This document shows, piece after piece, positions 12,114-24,489 of a stretch of 64,000 bases of DNA. The DNA lies in the NCBI GenBank assembly GCA_964016885.1, contig OZ024747.1:26164001-26228000 (forward strand), written 5' to 3'. Origin of the DNA: Eledone cirrhosa. Taxonomy: Eukaryota. A program made the position numbers and the translations under genes. Positions within the stretch are counted from its first letter, which is position 1; each line of letters opens with the position of its first letter. The notes below the pieces were generated by a model. The model worked only from the letters and a program-made list of their open reading frames with translations, searched no databases and was not told where the DNA came from.

Positions 12114-15100
12114 TGTCTACAGCGTGATAGTGCCACGCTAAAATCACCGGGGGTGATCAAATCACTGGGGGTGATGAAATCACCGGTGGTTATGTAACCA
12201 TACATTCACCAATGCTCGATATGAGTGTTTAAATGTCGAACCTAAACAGTTCGAATAACGGTGAAGTGGAGACTGGAATGTCATGTGACAGACTCTCACC
12301 CAGCAGGTGTTCCCTGGCCCAGCAGCAGGGACCTGCCTGTCATCCAAATACTGCCGGTGTTGGAGGAAGAAGAAGAAGGAAAGGAACCAAAACCAACTGG
12401 ACGAAAGAATTGAATAGAACTGTTATGCAAGAGTAACGCCAAGGAAAGTAAGAGTAATCTCACGGAAAAAGGCTATAGGAAACGGATGCATAGCATCTAG
12501 AACGAGATTGGTCTATTTAAATTAGGTGAACAAAAATTGGCCGGGCAGGCTCGTATAATAAGAACTAATGGGTGGATAAGCGATCTGGGAGGAACTCAGC
12601 AGAGAGATTAGATTGGAAATAGATAGTAGAGTATGCCAGGCAAACGAGCCAGTGTGAGATGAAGGTGAAGAGGTTGAGAGAACGGAGGAAGCATCCGAAG
12701 CAGACAATGATCTGAATGCTGAAATAAATAATACCTGAAACAAAGATACGGCCATTGAGGAAATGAATGCTGACGGGCTAGGACAAGATTTGGTTGATAT
12801 CCTAAACTTAGTGGTAGATGAAATGAACAATGATAGTGGGAAACCTATGAACCTAAGATTTATAGACAGGAAAAAGTTAAAAGAAACAACAGCTAAGGTA
12901 AACAAAGTCATCTCATACCTTGAGGCGAGGAACCTTCACCAATGCAACAATATCCTCACAGCAACAGCAAATGCGGTGAGGAAATTACTTGGCATAAAAG
13001 CGAGAGGAAACAACAAACAAGAAAGATCAGAACCTTGGTAGAAGAAAAGACTGAATGGTCAAATCAGGGAAATGAGAAATGACATTGGAAAGCTTGAGTC
13101 CCTACTGAATGGACACTACAAAACATAGACACTAAAAATAGACTGGAAATAAAGTACAAAACTAGGAGGAAAAGCTAAATATTATCATAGAAGAACTGAA
13201 GCAACGCATAGTAGCAAAGAGCGCAAAGATTAGGCGATACGAGAGCAGAGTCAGTCAGTATAGACAGAAGCATGTTTGACAACAACCAGAAGATGTTGTT
13301 TGGACAGCTTGAAGGGAAAGAAAGAGGCAACGACTTGATCCCTGAGGCGGAACAAACTAAGACATTCTGGAGAGGAATATGGGAGCAGGATGTTAAACAT
13401 AATGATCATGCAGTGTGGATTGAGACAGTACAGAATGAGATTAGTGAACAGGCACACCAACAAACTGATTTGAGTATAACAGTTGAAACTCTTAAGGGGC
13501 AGGCCAGAAAACTAACCAACTGGAAATCACCAGGCCCAGATGGTGTGCAGGGGTATTGGATTAAAAATATAACATCCCTCCACCCGAAACTGACAACCAT
13601 GTTCAATGACTGCTTGATGTCAGGTGAGGTACCAGAGTGGTTGACAAAAGGTACCACAGTTCTGGTAATGAAAGACCGAACCAAGGGTAATGATGTTACC
13701 AACTATTGACCTATCACATGTCTGTCCGTAATGTGGAAACTGTTAACAAGCATTGTGTCTGAGGAAATCTACCATCACCTCCACATAAACAACTTGTTAC
13801 CGGACGAACAGAAAGGATGCCGAAAGAAGTCTCGTGGTACCAGTTACTTATTAATAAGATGGTAATGAGGAATTGCAGGAGGAGACACACTGGTCTTGCC
13901 ATGGGATGGATAGACTACAAAAAGGCATTCGACATGGTATCTCATTCTTGGATAACCAAAAGCCTAGAGATCTTCAGGGTGGCAGATAACATCAGACAGT
14001 TGTTGAGCAAAAGTATGAAGTCCTGGGAAACAGAGTTAACATCGGGCGGAGAATCCTTGGGAGGCGTGAAGATCAAGAGAGGTATCTTCCAGGGAGATAG
14101 TCTGTCCCCTCTGTTGTTTGTCCTTGCCCTGATCCCCCTGACCATTATACTGCGAAAAGTGAGAGCAGGATACAAGTTGGGAAAGGGAGAGTTTACCATC
14201 AATCACCTCCTCTTTATGGACGATCTTAAGCTCTTCGGGAAGAGTGAGAAGGAGTTGGATGTGCTTATTGACACTGTCCGTATTTTCAGCAATGATATAT
14301 GTATGCAATTTGGTATTAGTAAGTGTGGAGTCCTTGTGATGAAGAGGGGTAAATTGAGCAGAAGCAACGGAATCCAGGTACCAACAGGTGAGATGATAAA
14401 GGAAATTGATACTGAAGAAGGATACAAATATTTAGGTGTTCTGGAGGCTGATGACACCAAGAACAAAAAAATGAAGGAATTGATAAGATCTAAATACATT
14501 CGGAGAGTAAGGAGCGTATTAAAGTTACATCTGAACAGTAGGAATGCCATAAGTGCAGTAAATTCCCGAGCTGTGTCTATTATTAGGTACAGTGCGGGAA
14601 TTCTGAGATGGAATGCTGCTGAACAAAAAGAAATGGACAGGAAGACTAGGAAGCTATTGACTATCTACAAAATGTTCCACAAGAGGAGTGATGTCGATAG
14701 ACTCTACTTAAGGAGATCTGAAGGTGGAAGAGGTCTTATCAGCATAGAGGACTGTGTTCAGATGGAGAAAAACAACCTACACAAATACGTGACTGATAGT
14801 AGGGAGCCAATGCTCAGAATTGTACTGAAGGAGAGAACAAAAGACCAGGGGATGTCCAAGGAGGAAATAACAACAAGGAGAAAGAGCAACCTTCATGAAA
14901 AATCCCTTCATAGTACCTTCTTTGAGAAAACTGAATTTAGAGATCCACAGACATGGAACTAGTTGAAAAGAGGAGACCTTAAAAAGGCTACAGAAGGAAT
15001 GCTAATGGCTGCGCAAGACCAGGCCCTCAAAACGAAGTGGTTGAAACACCATATATACAAGGAGGAGGCTAGCCCACTGTGCAGGATCTGTGGAGAGAGA

Positions 15101-15737
15101 GAGAGGGAATTGTGGCTCACATTGTATCCGAGTGTAAACACCTAACCCAGACTCACTATAAAGGCTGGAGATATGATGTGATGGGCAGGGTGATCCACTG
15201 GCACCTATGCAAAGTAAACAATTTACCACATTCTGAGAAGTGATATGAGCATAAGCCAGAGTCGGTGATGGAAAACGATCATGTGAAGGTGCTGTGGGAT
15301 TTTAGGATGCAGACGGACAAGAAACTGGAACACAATAGACCTGACCTGGTGGTTTTGGACAAGGGAAAAAGATCGTGCCTGATTGTGGATGTAGCCTGCC
15401 CATTCGACACGAGAGTGCAAGAGAAAGAGAGGGAGAAAATTAACCGATACCAGGACTTAAAGTGGGAGGTAAAAAAGACTTGGAACTGCCATGAGGTCAA
15501 AGTGGTCCCGATTGTCATAGGCGCACTAGGTACTATCTCAAAGAGTTTCCAAGGATGGTTAAAGAAAATTGGTCCCGCCCCGCTTTTTGGAACACTTCAA
15601 AAGGCTAGCTTGCTGGGAACAGCAAGAACCCTCCGATACGTCCTGAATATCTGAGGCTCCAGGTAGTGGCTTGATATTCATTTCAACAAACTTTCCAGTT
15701 AAATAACAACAATGACTGAGGCTCAAAGAAGAAGAAC

Positions 15738-15776
<39 letters not shown>
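12114..15776 (+). mobile_element. near full-length R4/Dong-clade non-LTR retrotransposon, decayed
   Basis: 5'UTR, single ORF from ATG 12233 to 15654 with KSPGPDG, WIDYKKAFD, RGIFQGDSLSPLLF, LFMDD, CRIC, HNRPD..DVACP..EK; (TAA)n on both sides. Confidence 0.92.
12233..15654 (+). pseudogene. R4/Dong polyprotein (RT + zinc knuckle + restriction-like endonuclease), multiple stops/frameshifts
   Basis: ORF pieces 12233-12436, 12763-13041, 13272-13709, 13817-14962, 14963-15145, 15265-15654. Confidence 0.9.
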
Positions 15777-15832
<56 letters not shown>

Positions 15833-15966
15833 TGTTTCTACTTTAGGCACAAGGCCAGCAATTACCCAGTGCATTACTGGTACTTTATATATATATATAT
15901 ATACTTTATATATATATATAGTGACGAAACATAAGTCAATTGCATGAACTCATAATCTTTTATTTA

Positions 15967-16020
15967 CTGCTATATATATTTCGATGATAGCCATTGAATG
16001 GCTATGACCTCACCAGGCAG
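15967..16020 (-). ncRNA. type I hammerhead ribozyme motif (core CUGGUGA)
   Basis: Minus: ctgc-CTGGTGA-ggtcatagccatt-c-aatggctatcatc-GAAAT-ATAT-ATA-gcag, then AATAAA; sits next to (TA)n. Confidence 0.8.
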
Positions 16021-16683
16021 TTAGTCACTTCTTAGATATGCCAGCTCTGTTTATAGTGTTGATGGCATCATATATATACAGAGGCTGTGGAGTCGTTAAT
16101 ATGTCGGTATTCGTTCTAACTCTCAAAGTTCGTATCCTCCCGAAGTCGACTTTGTGTTTCATCCTTTCTAGGCCGATGAAAAAAGTACCAGACTAGTACT
16201 AGTGGCGATGCTTGGCCTATATTTCATTCTCACTTCCTCTCTCCTTCTGTCTCTCCTCCGGAAAAATTCGAAAGCTTTGTTACGGTGCCACTACAACAAC
16301 ATGAAAAATTACGTGTACATATATACATTTATATACGTCGGGCTTCGGCAGTTTCTGATTTAATTCAGAATGCATTAGTGGTTATTGTAAAAGACACTTA
16401 TTTGAGGTGCCACACAGTGGAACTGAATCCGAAACCACGCGATTTAAAACGAATTCGTTAATCACACCGCCATTTTGGTGTCTATGTTTTCTCTCTATTT
16501 CACATCCTATTGTTCTCTAATTTTTCTTTACTAAATTTTCTTTTCTTCATCTTTTATTGCCCTTCATTCTATCTCCTTCGCTTCGTCGCCAGCCAGTATC
16601 ATTCTCCTCACTTGCCTCCTTTCCATAATCCCCCGCACTTCTTCGTCATATGTTTTTCTTCCATTAATACTGTCCACCTCTCG

Positions 16684-16760
<77 letters not shown>

Positions 16761-16925
16761 GTGTGTTGTCTCCTTCTCTCACATTCTGTCTGTTTCTCTC
16801 CCTCTCTGTTTCCTTTCAACTATTTCTCTATTTCATAAAAGTTATTATGCATATGTTTATTATTATATTATTACACACTCACACACACACGCATGTACCC
16901 ACGCGCGCACACACATTCACACACA

Positions 16926-17090
<165 letters not shown>

Positions 17091-17624
17091 CATCAGGAAA
17101 GAAGAGTGACACGGTTTGCTATACAAATCTGTTACCCCGTATATATATATATATATATATTCAAGATGTCGTCTACATTAGATCTGTCTATTGTTAGCCT
17201 AATGGACAGTTAGTTAAGTTGCCAATTTTGAACGCTTTAGAAGCTGAGTTTCTTTTCATTAAATAGGATGGCCATGTTAATCAGTTTTCTTGTTCAAAAA
17301 TAATGTTTTTATTGGTTCTCATTCGTATATTATCTCACTCTATCTTTCGACTGCTCTCTACCTCCCTCTCTTTCCCTCTTCCCCTCTCTCTCTCTCTCTT
17401 TAACCTCATCTCTTCCTCTCCCTCTCTCTAAAAAACTACATTTTTACACCCACGTTATTACAAAATGGCTATCTTTCTCCGTGTTTTGTTTTTTTTTTCA
17501 TTTTCTCTCGCCCTTTTTTATTCTTTATCTTTCTAATTCTTTAAGTTTTATTCTTCCTAAATATTCTTCTCTACGTTTTTAATCTTCATCTATCGCTCGT
17601 TTCCCGCATGGCATCGTCGTCTGG

Positions 17625-17729
<105 letters not shown>

Positions 17730-17734
17730 CTCTC

Positions 17735-17799
<65 letters not shown>

Positions 17800-17982
17800 G
17801 CCAAATCGCCTTTCTAGGGATGATTGATACTTTATTTATCGATTCGAAAAAGATGAAAACCAAAGTTGACCTCGGTTAGATTTGAACTCAGAGCGCAGAA
17901 AACCGAAACAAATGCTGATGTTGAAACGACTCTGCCAATTCACTGACTTAGTACTATTTATGCAATAGTATTACCTCTGGAA

Positions 17983-18161
17983 GGGCGGTGGATTGGCAGT
18001 ATCGGTAGAGGGTAGGACGCCATGTTTTGGCGCATAGAGTTACGTCCCTTTATGATCTGAGTTCAAATCCCGCCGAGGTTAACTTTGCCTTTCGGGGTCG
18101 ATAAAGTAAAGTACCAGTGATGTACTGGGTAATTGCTGGCCTTGTGCCGAAAATAGAAACA
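17983..18161 (+). mobile_element. full-length tRNA-derived SINE S1 with 16-bp target-site duplication
   Basis: A-box-like tggcagtatcgg, B-box gagttcaaatcc; TSD agtattacctctggaa at 17967-17982 and 18162-18177. Confidence 0.9.
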
Positions 18162-18460
18162 AGTATTACCTCTGGAATGAGACTCATAGTGGAAATCACA
18201 TTAGAAAAGATGCAATTAGTAATAGAAAGTGTTGTCTAACATTTAAAATCGAAGTAGGATTATTAAAAATAGCCTTGAGGTAAATAAATGATGCTCGGAA
18301 ATTCGTTTGAAGAGGAAAAGTCTGTGAAATCGTACGATTTCTATAGATCGTTCATGCCGATGAAGAAACCGCAGAACTAAATAGAAAATGATTATTCTTG
18401 AAATTCTTCCTTTGGAAGTTACCTTCTGGGATAACTATGGAAACATATATGATTAGCTAG

Positions 18461-18461
18461 C

Positions 18462-18499
<38 letters not shown>
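18461..18499. repeat. (GATA)n at the 3' end of Tx1 copy A
   Basis: Seen directly. Confidence 0.95.
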
Positions 18500-18738
18500 T
18501 GTTTCTTTATTAGCCACAAGGGCACAAAAGAAGGGGACAAATACAAAGGGGGAAGTTTACATACAATAAAAACGTGAAAAATGTTATCACAAATACAATT
18601 TAAAAAAGTGGTCGATTTTCCCCAATAGAGGGAGACAGTTCATATGGGTAACACATACCCCTGAAAAAATGTGCAACCCTCATCTCCAGGAGTACGAAGA
18701 GTTTGTACTCCTTTCCTCTCCTCCTTCTTTTCCTCAAC

Positions 18739-21700
18739 CTACAGGCTGATATAGAGAGAAGGCCCATTCACTCGGCACTTTCACCCACCTTTCATAAAAC
18801 TTGCTGGGGTACAGCACCTCTCTCTCCATCCTGATTCTTCTTCCAAAGTGGTATTTGAAAAAAGAATCAGTTGTTGGCCGGAGAGAAAGGTGTCTGACCT
18901 CAGCCCTTTCAACCTTGTCCACCATACAACCTCTTTCGCCATAGCTATCACACAAAGGAAAACCGCCCCTCCTTCGTGTTTGAAGGAGGGTGCCGGTTTG
19001 TGATGACAATGGACTCGGTGGTCAACCGGATTGGTCCCACCCGCGACAATAGTCATTCTACATAGCCCCACAGGTCAGTGACGCCCGGGCAGTGTATGAA
19101 TGCGTGCGCGACGGTTTCTTCGTCTCGCACGCACCTCGGACAGATCTTTTTTGCAGGGTCCCTGCCCGGGCGCCCATGTCTGTAGAGCTTGTCTCGAACT
19201 GGTAGAGCTCCTCGGTAGCACTGCAAGGCCAGGGACTTTTGGAAGTTGTCCATCGGTCCCGGGCGGAAGGTCCTACCGAACAGACTGGCCAGTTCATCTT
19301 CCTCTACGCCTAGAGTTTCACTGAGCGCGTCGTCGCACTTGCTGCGGATCAACCCTCTATAGAATGACGAAGTGGAGTCTCCACTGATCGCCGGGTCCGC
19401 CTGCCAGAGGGCTGTGAGCGCCTGAGCACATTCGATGTGCCAGTCGCCCATTTTCCTCGGTCTTTGTTTGACCCAGGACTGCAGCTCGGTCAGCGAGACG
19501 AGTCGTGGGAAGGCTCGCCTCACGAACGGGGCCCACACCGGTTGTCCGGTGAGGAATACGTAGAGATACCGCAGCCTGAGCGCGTGTTTGCGCATCGTCA
19601 ACCACGGCATCCCCAGCCCTCCGTTAGAAGGGTGTTGGCAGCAGATGGATCTTCTCACCAAAGGAGCCCGCCTCTTCCAAAGGAATTGGAAGAGCGCGCG
19701 CTCCATTTTGGCGAGCGTTTTGGCTGGACAAGGCACGACGGTCAAGCGGTAGTAGATGGCGGACGCTATAAAAGTGTTCGCCACCTCCGCTCGACCTTTC
19801 AAGGATAGTTTGCACTCAGCCCACTTCTGAATGAGTGCAAACACCTTGGCCGTCACTTCGTTCCAGTTCTTCTCCACCTGGAGGTCCGGACCAAACCAGA
19901 CCCCGAGCAGCTTTACCGGTCCTTCCGTCCAGCGTCCGACGACGCCATCGGAAGGCATCGGTTTGCCTCTCCACGATTCGAGTTGCAAACCGATGGACTT
20001 GTCCCGGTTCAGCTTCGCTCCTGTGAAACTTTCGTATTCCTTCAGTAAGGTGCCGACTTCCTCGATTTGCGAGGCGCTCGACACCATTACTGTCACGTCG
20101 TCGGCGTAGGGCGACGCCGCTTTCCGCAGTCTCGGTTCCAGAGGGATGCCCTGCAATAGCTCCAACTTCCGCAGTAGTGGCTCGAGAGTCAGTACGTACA
20201 GAAGGGAGGAGAGAGGGCATCCCTGTCGAATGAATCGCGTAATATGGAACGGCTCCGAGAGGTAGCCGTTCACCTTGACCCTTGAGCAGATGTTGCTGTT
20301 GTGCATTGCAGCAATCCAGCCCCTGAACACGGGTCCGAAGCCTGCCGCCTCGAGCACCGCATCCAGGTAACGAGGATCAACCCTATCGAAAGCCTTAGAC
20401 TGATCCAAGTTGATCAGGGCCCCACCGAAGCCGGGTTTACACCCTACCCTCTCTATGATGTATCGCATGAGGTGGAGGTTACCGTGTATGGACCTGGTCG
20501 GGATTGCGCATGTCTGCGCTTCTCCCACCAGGTTCTCGGCGACAAGCGCCAGCCTCTTTGCCAACACCTTGGCCAAAATCTGTAACTCTGTGTTTAGTAG
20601 AGTTATGGGAAGTTGCCTATTTCATCCCCCTTATTCTCGTCCTTCCTGACTAGTGTGACTACTCCCCCGGTTACAGAACTAGGAATTCTCCCGTAGGCCG
20701 TCGAGGTATGGACCGAAATCCATAGCCCCTCCCGGCGCCCCGCCCCGCCCGAACAGTTGAGCAAAGTGCCGCTGAAAGGCCGCACACATCTGCTTCGGCT
20801 CACGTATCACGCGTCCGTTTTCGTCCTTCAAAGACGAATCGTGGACTTGTTGCCACTTTTTGCCTCCGTCACTCGGGCCCAGCTTTGGCTCTCTCGTTTC
20901 CCAGAGCACGTATTTTGCTTCTGACAACGTAGCCCTCGTGCTTTGCGTCGAAGAACTGGTCCAAGGCCGTTCTCGTTGCTAGCACGCTGGCTACGTTGCC
21001 ACTTCTAATTGCCTCTTCTACTTTATCTACCAGTTCCTTCTCGGTTCTATTTCTATCTAACGCTAATTCTTTACTAAAAACTATCGAGTCTAATCTAACT
21101 GCCCTCTTGAGAGAGTACCACCATCTGTTGTTGACAATGGCCCCTGTCAAGTGGTGTTTAACTAAAGTGCTAATCCGTCTACTGTAGGCTTTGCTTGTCG
21201 GTAACGACAAGTTCAGCTTCCAGTAGCCGGGTCCTTGTCTATGGGTTCTATCAAGGTTGGCCATGCAGGTCACTAGTTTGTGATCTGAATAGGCAACCAT
21301 GAACATTTGTGGACAGCTTAACATGTCCCTATCCTTATTTCTAACTAGAACCCTATCTAGGTACGATCTAGATGTTCCGCTACGATTACTCCACGTCCAC
21401 ATTGGCGCAGTCGGAAAATCTAGTCGATATCTATCGGCCAGGTCAAATCGGTCGATTAACTGTTTGAGGCTGTTACACCCCCCTTTATCGGGACATGCTC
21501 CCACATAGTCCCAACGTGCATCTAGGATTCTATTCCAGTCCCCCACTAAAAGTAAGGAGCGGGACGTTCCCAGAAAAGTCTCTAGACGTTTGAAGAAGTC
21601 TGGCCGCGGTGTCCCGGATGGGGCATATGCGGCCACCAGCCTGAAGGCTCCACCTTCTCTACCGCCAACGTCTAGGACCACCAGTCGACCCTCCGGGTCC

Positions 21701-21959
21701 AGATGTACCGTCTGTGTTACGAGGCCCAGGTGTTTCCGCAGCAAAACGGCAACTCCGCCCCACCCCCCGGTTGACAGAGAGATGCGTAGATCTCAAAGTC
21801 ATCGAAGATGGGGGCCAGCTGTCGCTCGCTGTGGATCCTGGACTCGCAAATGGCTACCAAATCCATACTGTGCGACCTGAGGTCGTTTAAGAGTTTGCCC
21901 TGTTTCCAGGGCATCCCCAGGCCGCGTACGTTCACACATCCAACTCTTATATTGGCCAT
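18739..21959 (-). pseudogene. ORF2 (APE endonuclease + reverse transcriptase) of Tx1 copy A, frameshifted with internal deletion
   Basis: ORFs 21717-21959, 20869-21744, 20679-20927, 20603-20803, 19053-20576 collinear with copy B ORF2. Confidence 0.9.
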
Positions 21960-21974
21960 GTTGGTGCTGAAAAG

Positions 21975-23833
21975 TTAAAAGAGGAAAAGAGATCGCTCAC
22001 CCTTCGTCTCCTGGGGACCAGGCTGCACGATTTCCATGGGGGTGTTGGAGGAGTTGTCTGGGTGGGTGGTGGTTTCCGGCGGGGTGGGGACGGAGATGTT
22101 TGGTGGGGTGGGGTCTGGTGGGATGGGGGTGTCTGGGGTGGGGAGATATTTGAGAAGGACGCGGTTAAGTGGTTTCACGCAGGAATTCCCCACATCCTTT
22201 TCAAATGTTTCTTTTAGGGACCTATAAGTTTGTATAGGGACCCTAATCAGTTTTAGGTTCAGTTTTTTGTTATTTTTAATAGAGTGGGCGAAAGTTTTCC
22301 CTTCGGTTTTCACCGAAGGGTCGTTCGTGATGGTCACCATTAGTGTTTTGTTTTCAGTGTTTATGTAAGTGTAAGTGTAATTTTCTTGTGTTGTGTTTGT
22401 TTTTGTATGTAGTTCTTGTGTGTGCTTTCGTTTTGTTGTAGGTATTTTGTTTTCAGGAGGTGGGGGTTTTGTTTGTGATGTTTTTGTTGTTTGTGTTGGT
22501 GGTTGTATGTTTGTGGTAGTGTTTGCTGGTTTTTTGCTTTTGTGATGTCTTTTCTTTCTTTTCGAGCGATGGGGTTCTCCCTCGTCTTCACTGGTTGATG
22601 GCGAGATAGCCTCATCTGTTGTATCGTCTATGTGATCGGGGAGGGGTATGTCTTGGGGAGCTGTTGTGTCTGAATGTGATTTTGCAGTGGTTTTAGGTGG
22701 AGTGGGGTTGGGTGGAACTGTGTTTGTTGTGGTTAATTTTGTGTGTTGGTGTTGTTGTTGTTGTGGTGGTGTTGGTGGTTGTGTTGTTTTGATGGGTGTC
22801 GGCAGAAGAGCCTTTTTTTTTACTCATTAATTTAGGACAGGAAGCCCTCAGGTGACTCCTGCTAAAGCAATGGTAACATGAAGGCCGCCTACCCTCAACC
22901 GAAAAGTTTATGTAGGTGAGTCCGTCCAGGAGTACACGTTGTGGGACCATAGCTATTCGCTCTGGGCTCATTTGCACCAGAACTTCAATGCTAGTCCCAT
23001 TGAATACATCTCTGGGGGACTTTCCTACTGACAGTATTCTGTCTTCATCAAAATTGATGAAGCCGCACAGTATCCACCATATGTTCACCTTTGGTGTGAC
23101 ACTCGTGATTTTAATCTTCTGTGTCCTTTTTCCCATGTATGTAGGGAAAAAGGTATACAGGTTGGATACAATTGGCGACACAGAGTAATTTTGGGCCGTC
23201 AATTGATCCTTCATGAGTACCGAAATACTCCCAAAAAGTTTGCTTCTTTGAATGAATGCAATATCATTCATTGAATTTTTGAAAACCAGTTCAATTTCTT
23301 TCTGTGACAATTGGACTGGTTTTCGGGTAGAATTGGAAACTGTCCTAAAAACTATCGTTTTGAGACCAGTTTCCTTGCGAATTTCTACCGGAGAATTGAT
23401 GCTGAAAGCACCATTTTTTCGAAAGTGACATATCCCCTAGCGTCCTTTAAAAGTTGTTCGGCATTTGTTATGTCGAGATATGTCAATTCCTCCTTTTTCT
23501 GAACTGTCTGTGCAAAGGAGATTTTTGGTTTCTTTGTGGAATTATCCGTGTTGGTGGTGTTGTCATTATTGTTGTTATTGTTGTTGTTATTCTTGTTGTC
23601 ACTGATGTTGATATTATTCGTATTTTCCTTGGTGTTCGTGTTGGTGTTGTTGTTGTCTTTGATGCTGGTGTTATTGGTGTTGTCTTTATTTTTTCTTTGT
23701 TGTTGTTGTCATTGTTGTGTTTATCATCATTATTGGTGTTGTTATTTTTGTTGTCATTGAACTGTTTGTTGTCATTTGTGTTGTTTGGATATGAATTTGT
23801 TTTTACATTTTCATTTCGTCTTTCCATCTCCAT
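21975..23833 (-). pseudogene. ORF1 (gag-like, zinc knuckle, Pro/Thr-rich) of Tx1 copy A
   Basis: YTFFPTYMGKRTQKIKI block shared with copy B ORF1; CX2CX4HX4C. Confidence 0.8.
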
Positions 23834-24148
23834 AGTATCTAGGGAAGAAGACGATGTTGACTGCTAGCTATGTAATCTTACCGACTCTCCACCACCATTA
23901 TCGTTGAACGCAGCGTTCATAACGTAATCAAACTTCTTATAATATTTTTTTCCAAAATTCGATGGAGAGAAAATTTTTTCAAACAAATATTTCGCCCCTG
24001 TAGGGGCGAAAATGAGTTGATCCACCACCTGAAAGTCCAGACGGGGGGTCAAGTTACACAATAATATAAAATTTAACTGAAAACTCACGTTTTTTTCTTA
24101 CATAAATTAACGGAAACTTCTCCGCGAAGTTACACACATCTGGTAGAG

Positions 24149-24149
<1 letters not shown>

Positions 24150-24205
<56 letters not shown>

Positions 24206-24206
24206 C

Positions 24207-24255
<49 letters not shown>
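24150..24255. repeat. (GATA)n spacer between Tx1 copies A and B
   Basis: Seen directly. Confidence 0.97.
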
Positions 24256-24256
<1 letters not shown>

Positions 24257-24489
24257 TTCTTTATTAGCCACAAGGGCGCAACAAGAAAGGGGACAATACA
24301 AAGACATGCCGGGGATTTTACATACAGTCGTGTAAAAAATATAAAAACAAACAATTTCAACAATCGAAATCCCCAATAGGGGGGAGGCGCCACAAATGGG
24401 TTGTTTAATACCCCGTCGATAGAACAACCCTCAACTCAAGGAGCGTGTTGTGCAAGTGCTCCTTTCTTCCTTTTGCTCTCTTCCTCAAC

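Larger units (their letters stand above)
18501..24145 (-). mobile_element. Tx1/L1-clade LINE copy A (full length, decayed)
   Basis: 5'UTR, ORF1 with CCHC knuckle CYHCFSRSHLRASC, ORF2 APE (NVRGL, GDWN, SDH) + RT (LDQSKAFD, QGCPLS, YADD) + CPRC..ETVAHAFIHC, AATAAA; (GATA)n both sides. Confidence 0.93.

Noticed and set aside
17983-18075. tRNA gene
   Set aside because: A/B boxes belong to a multi-copy SINE head with TSDs; no cloverleaf
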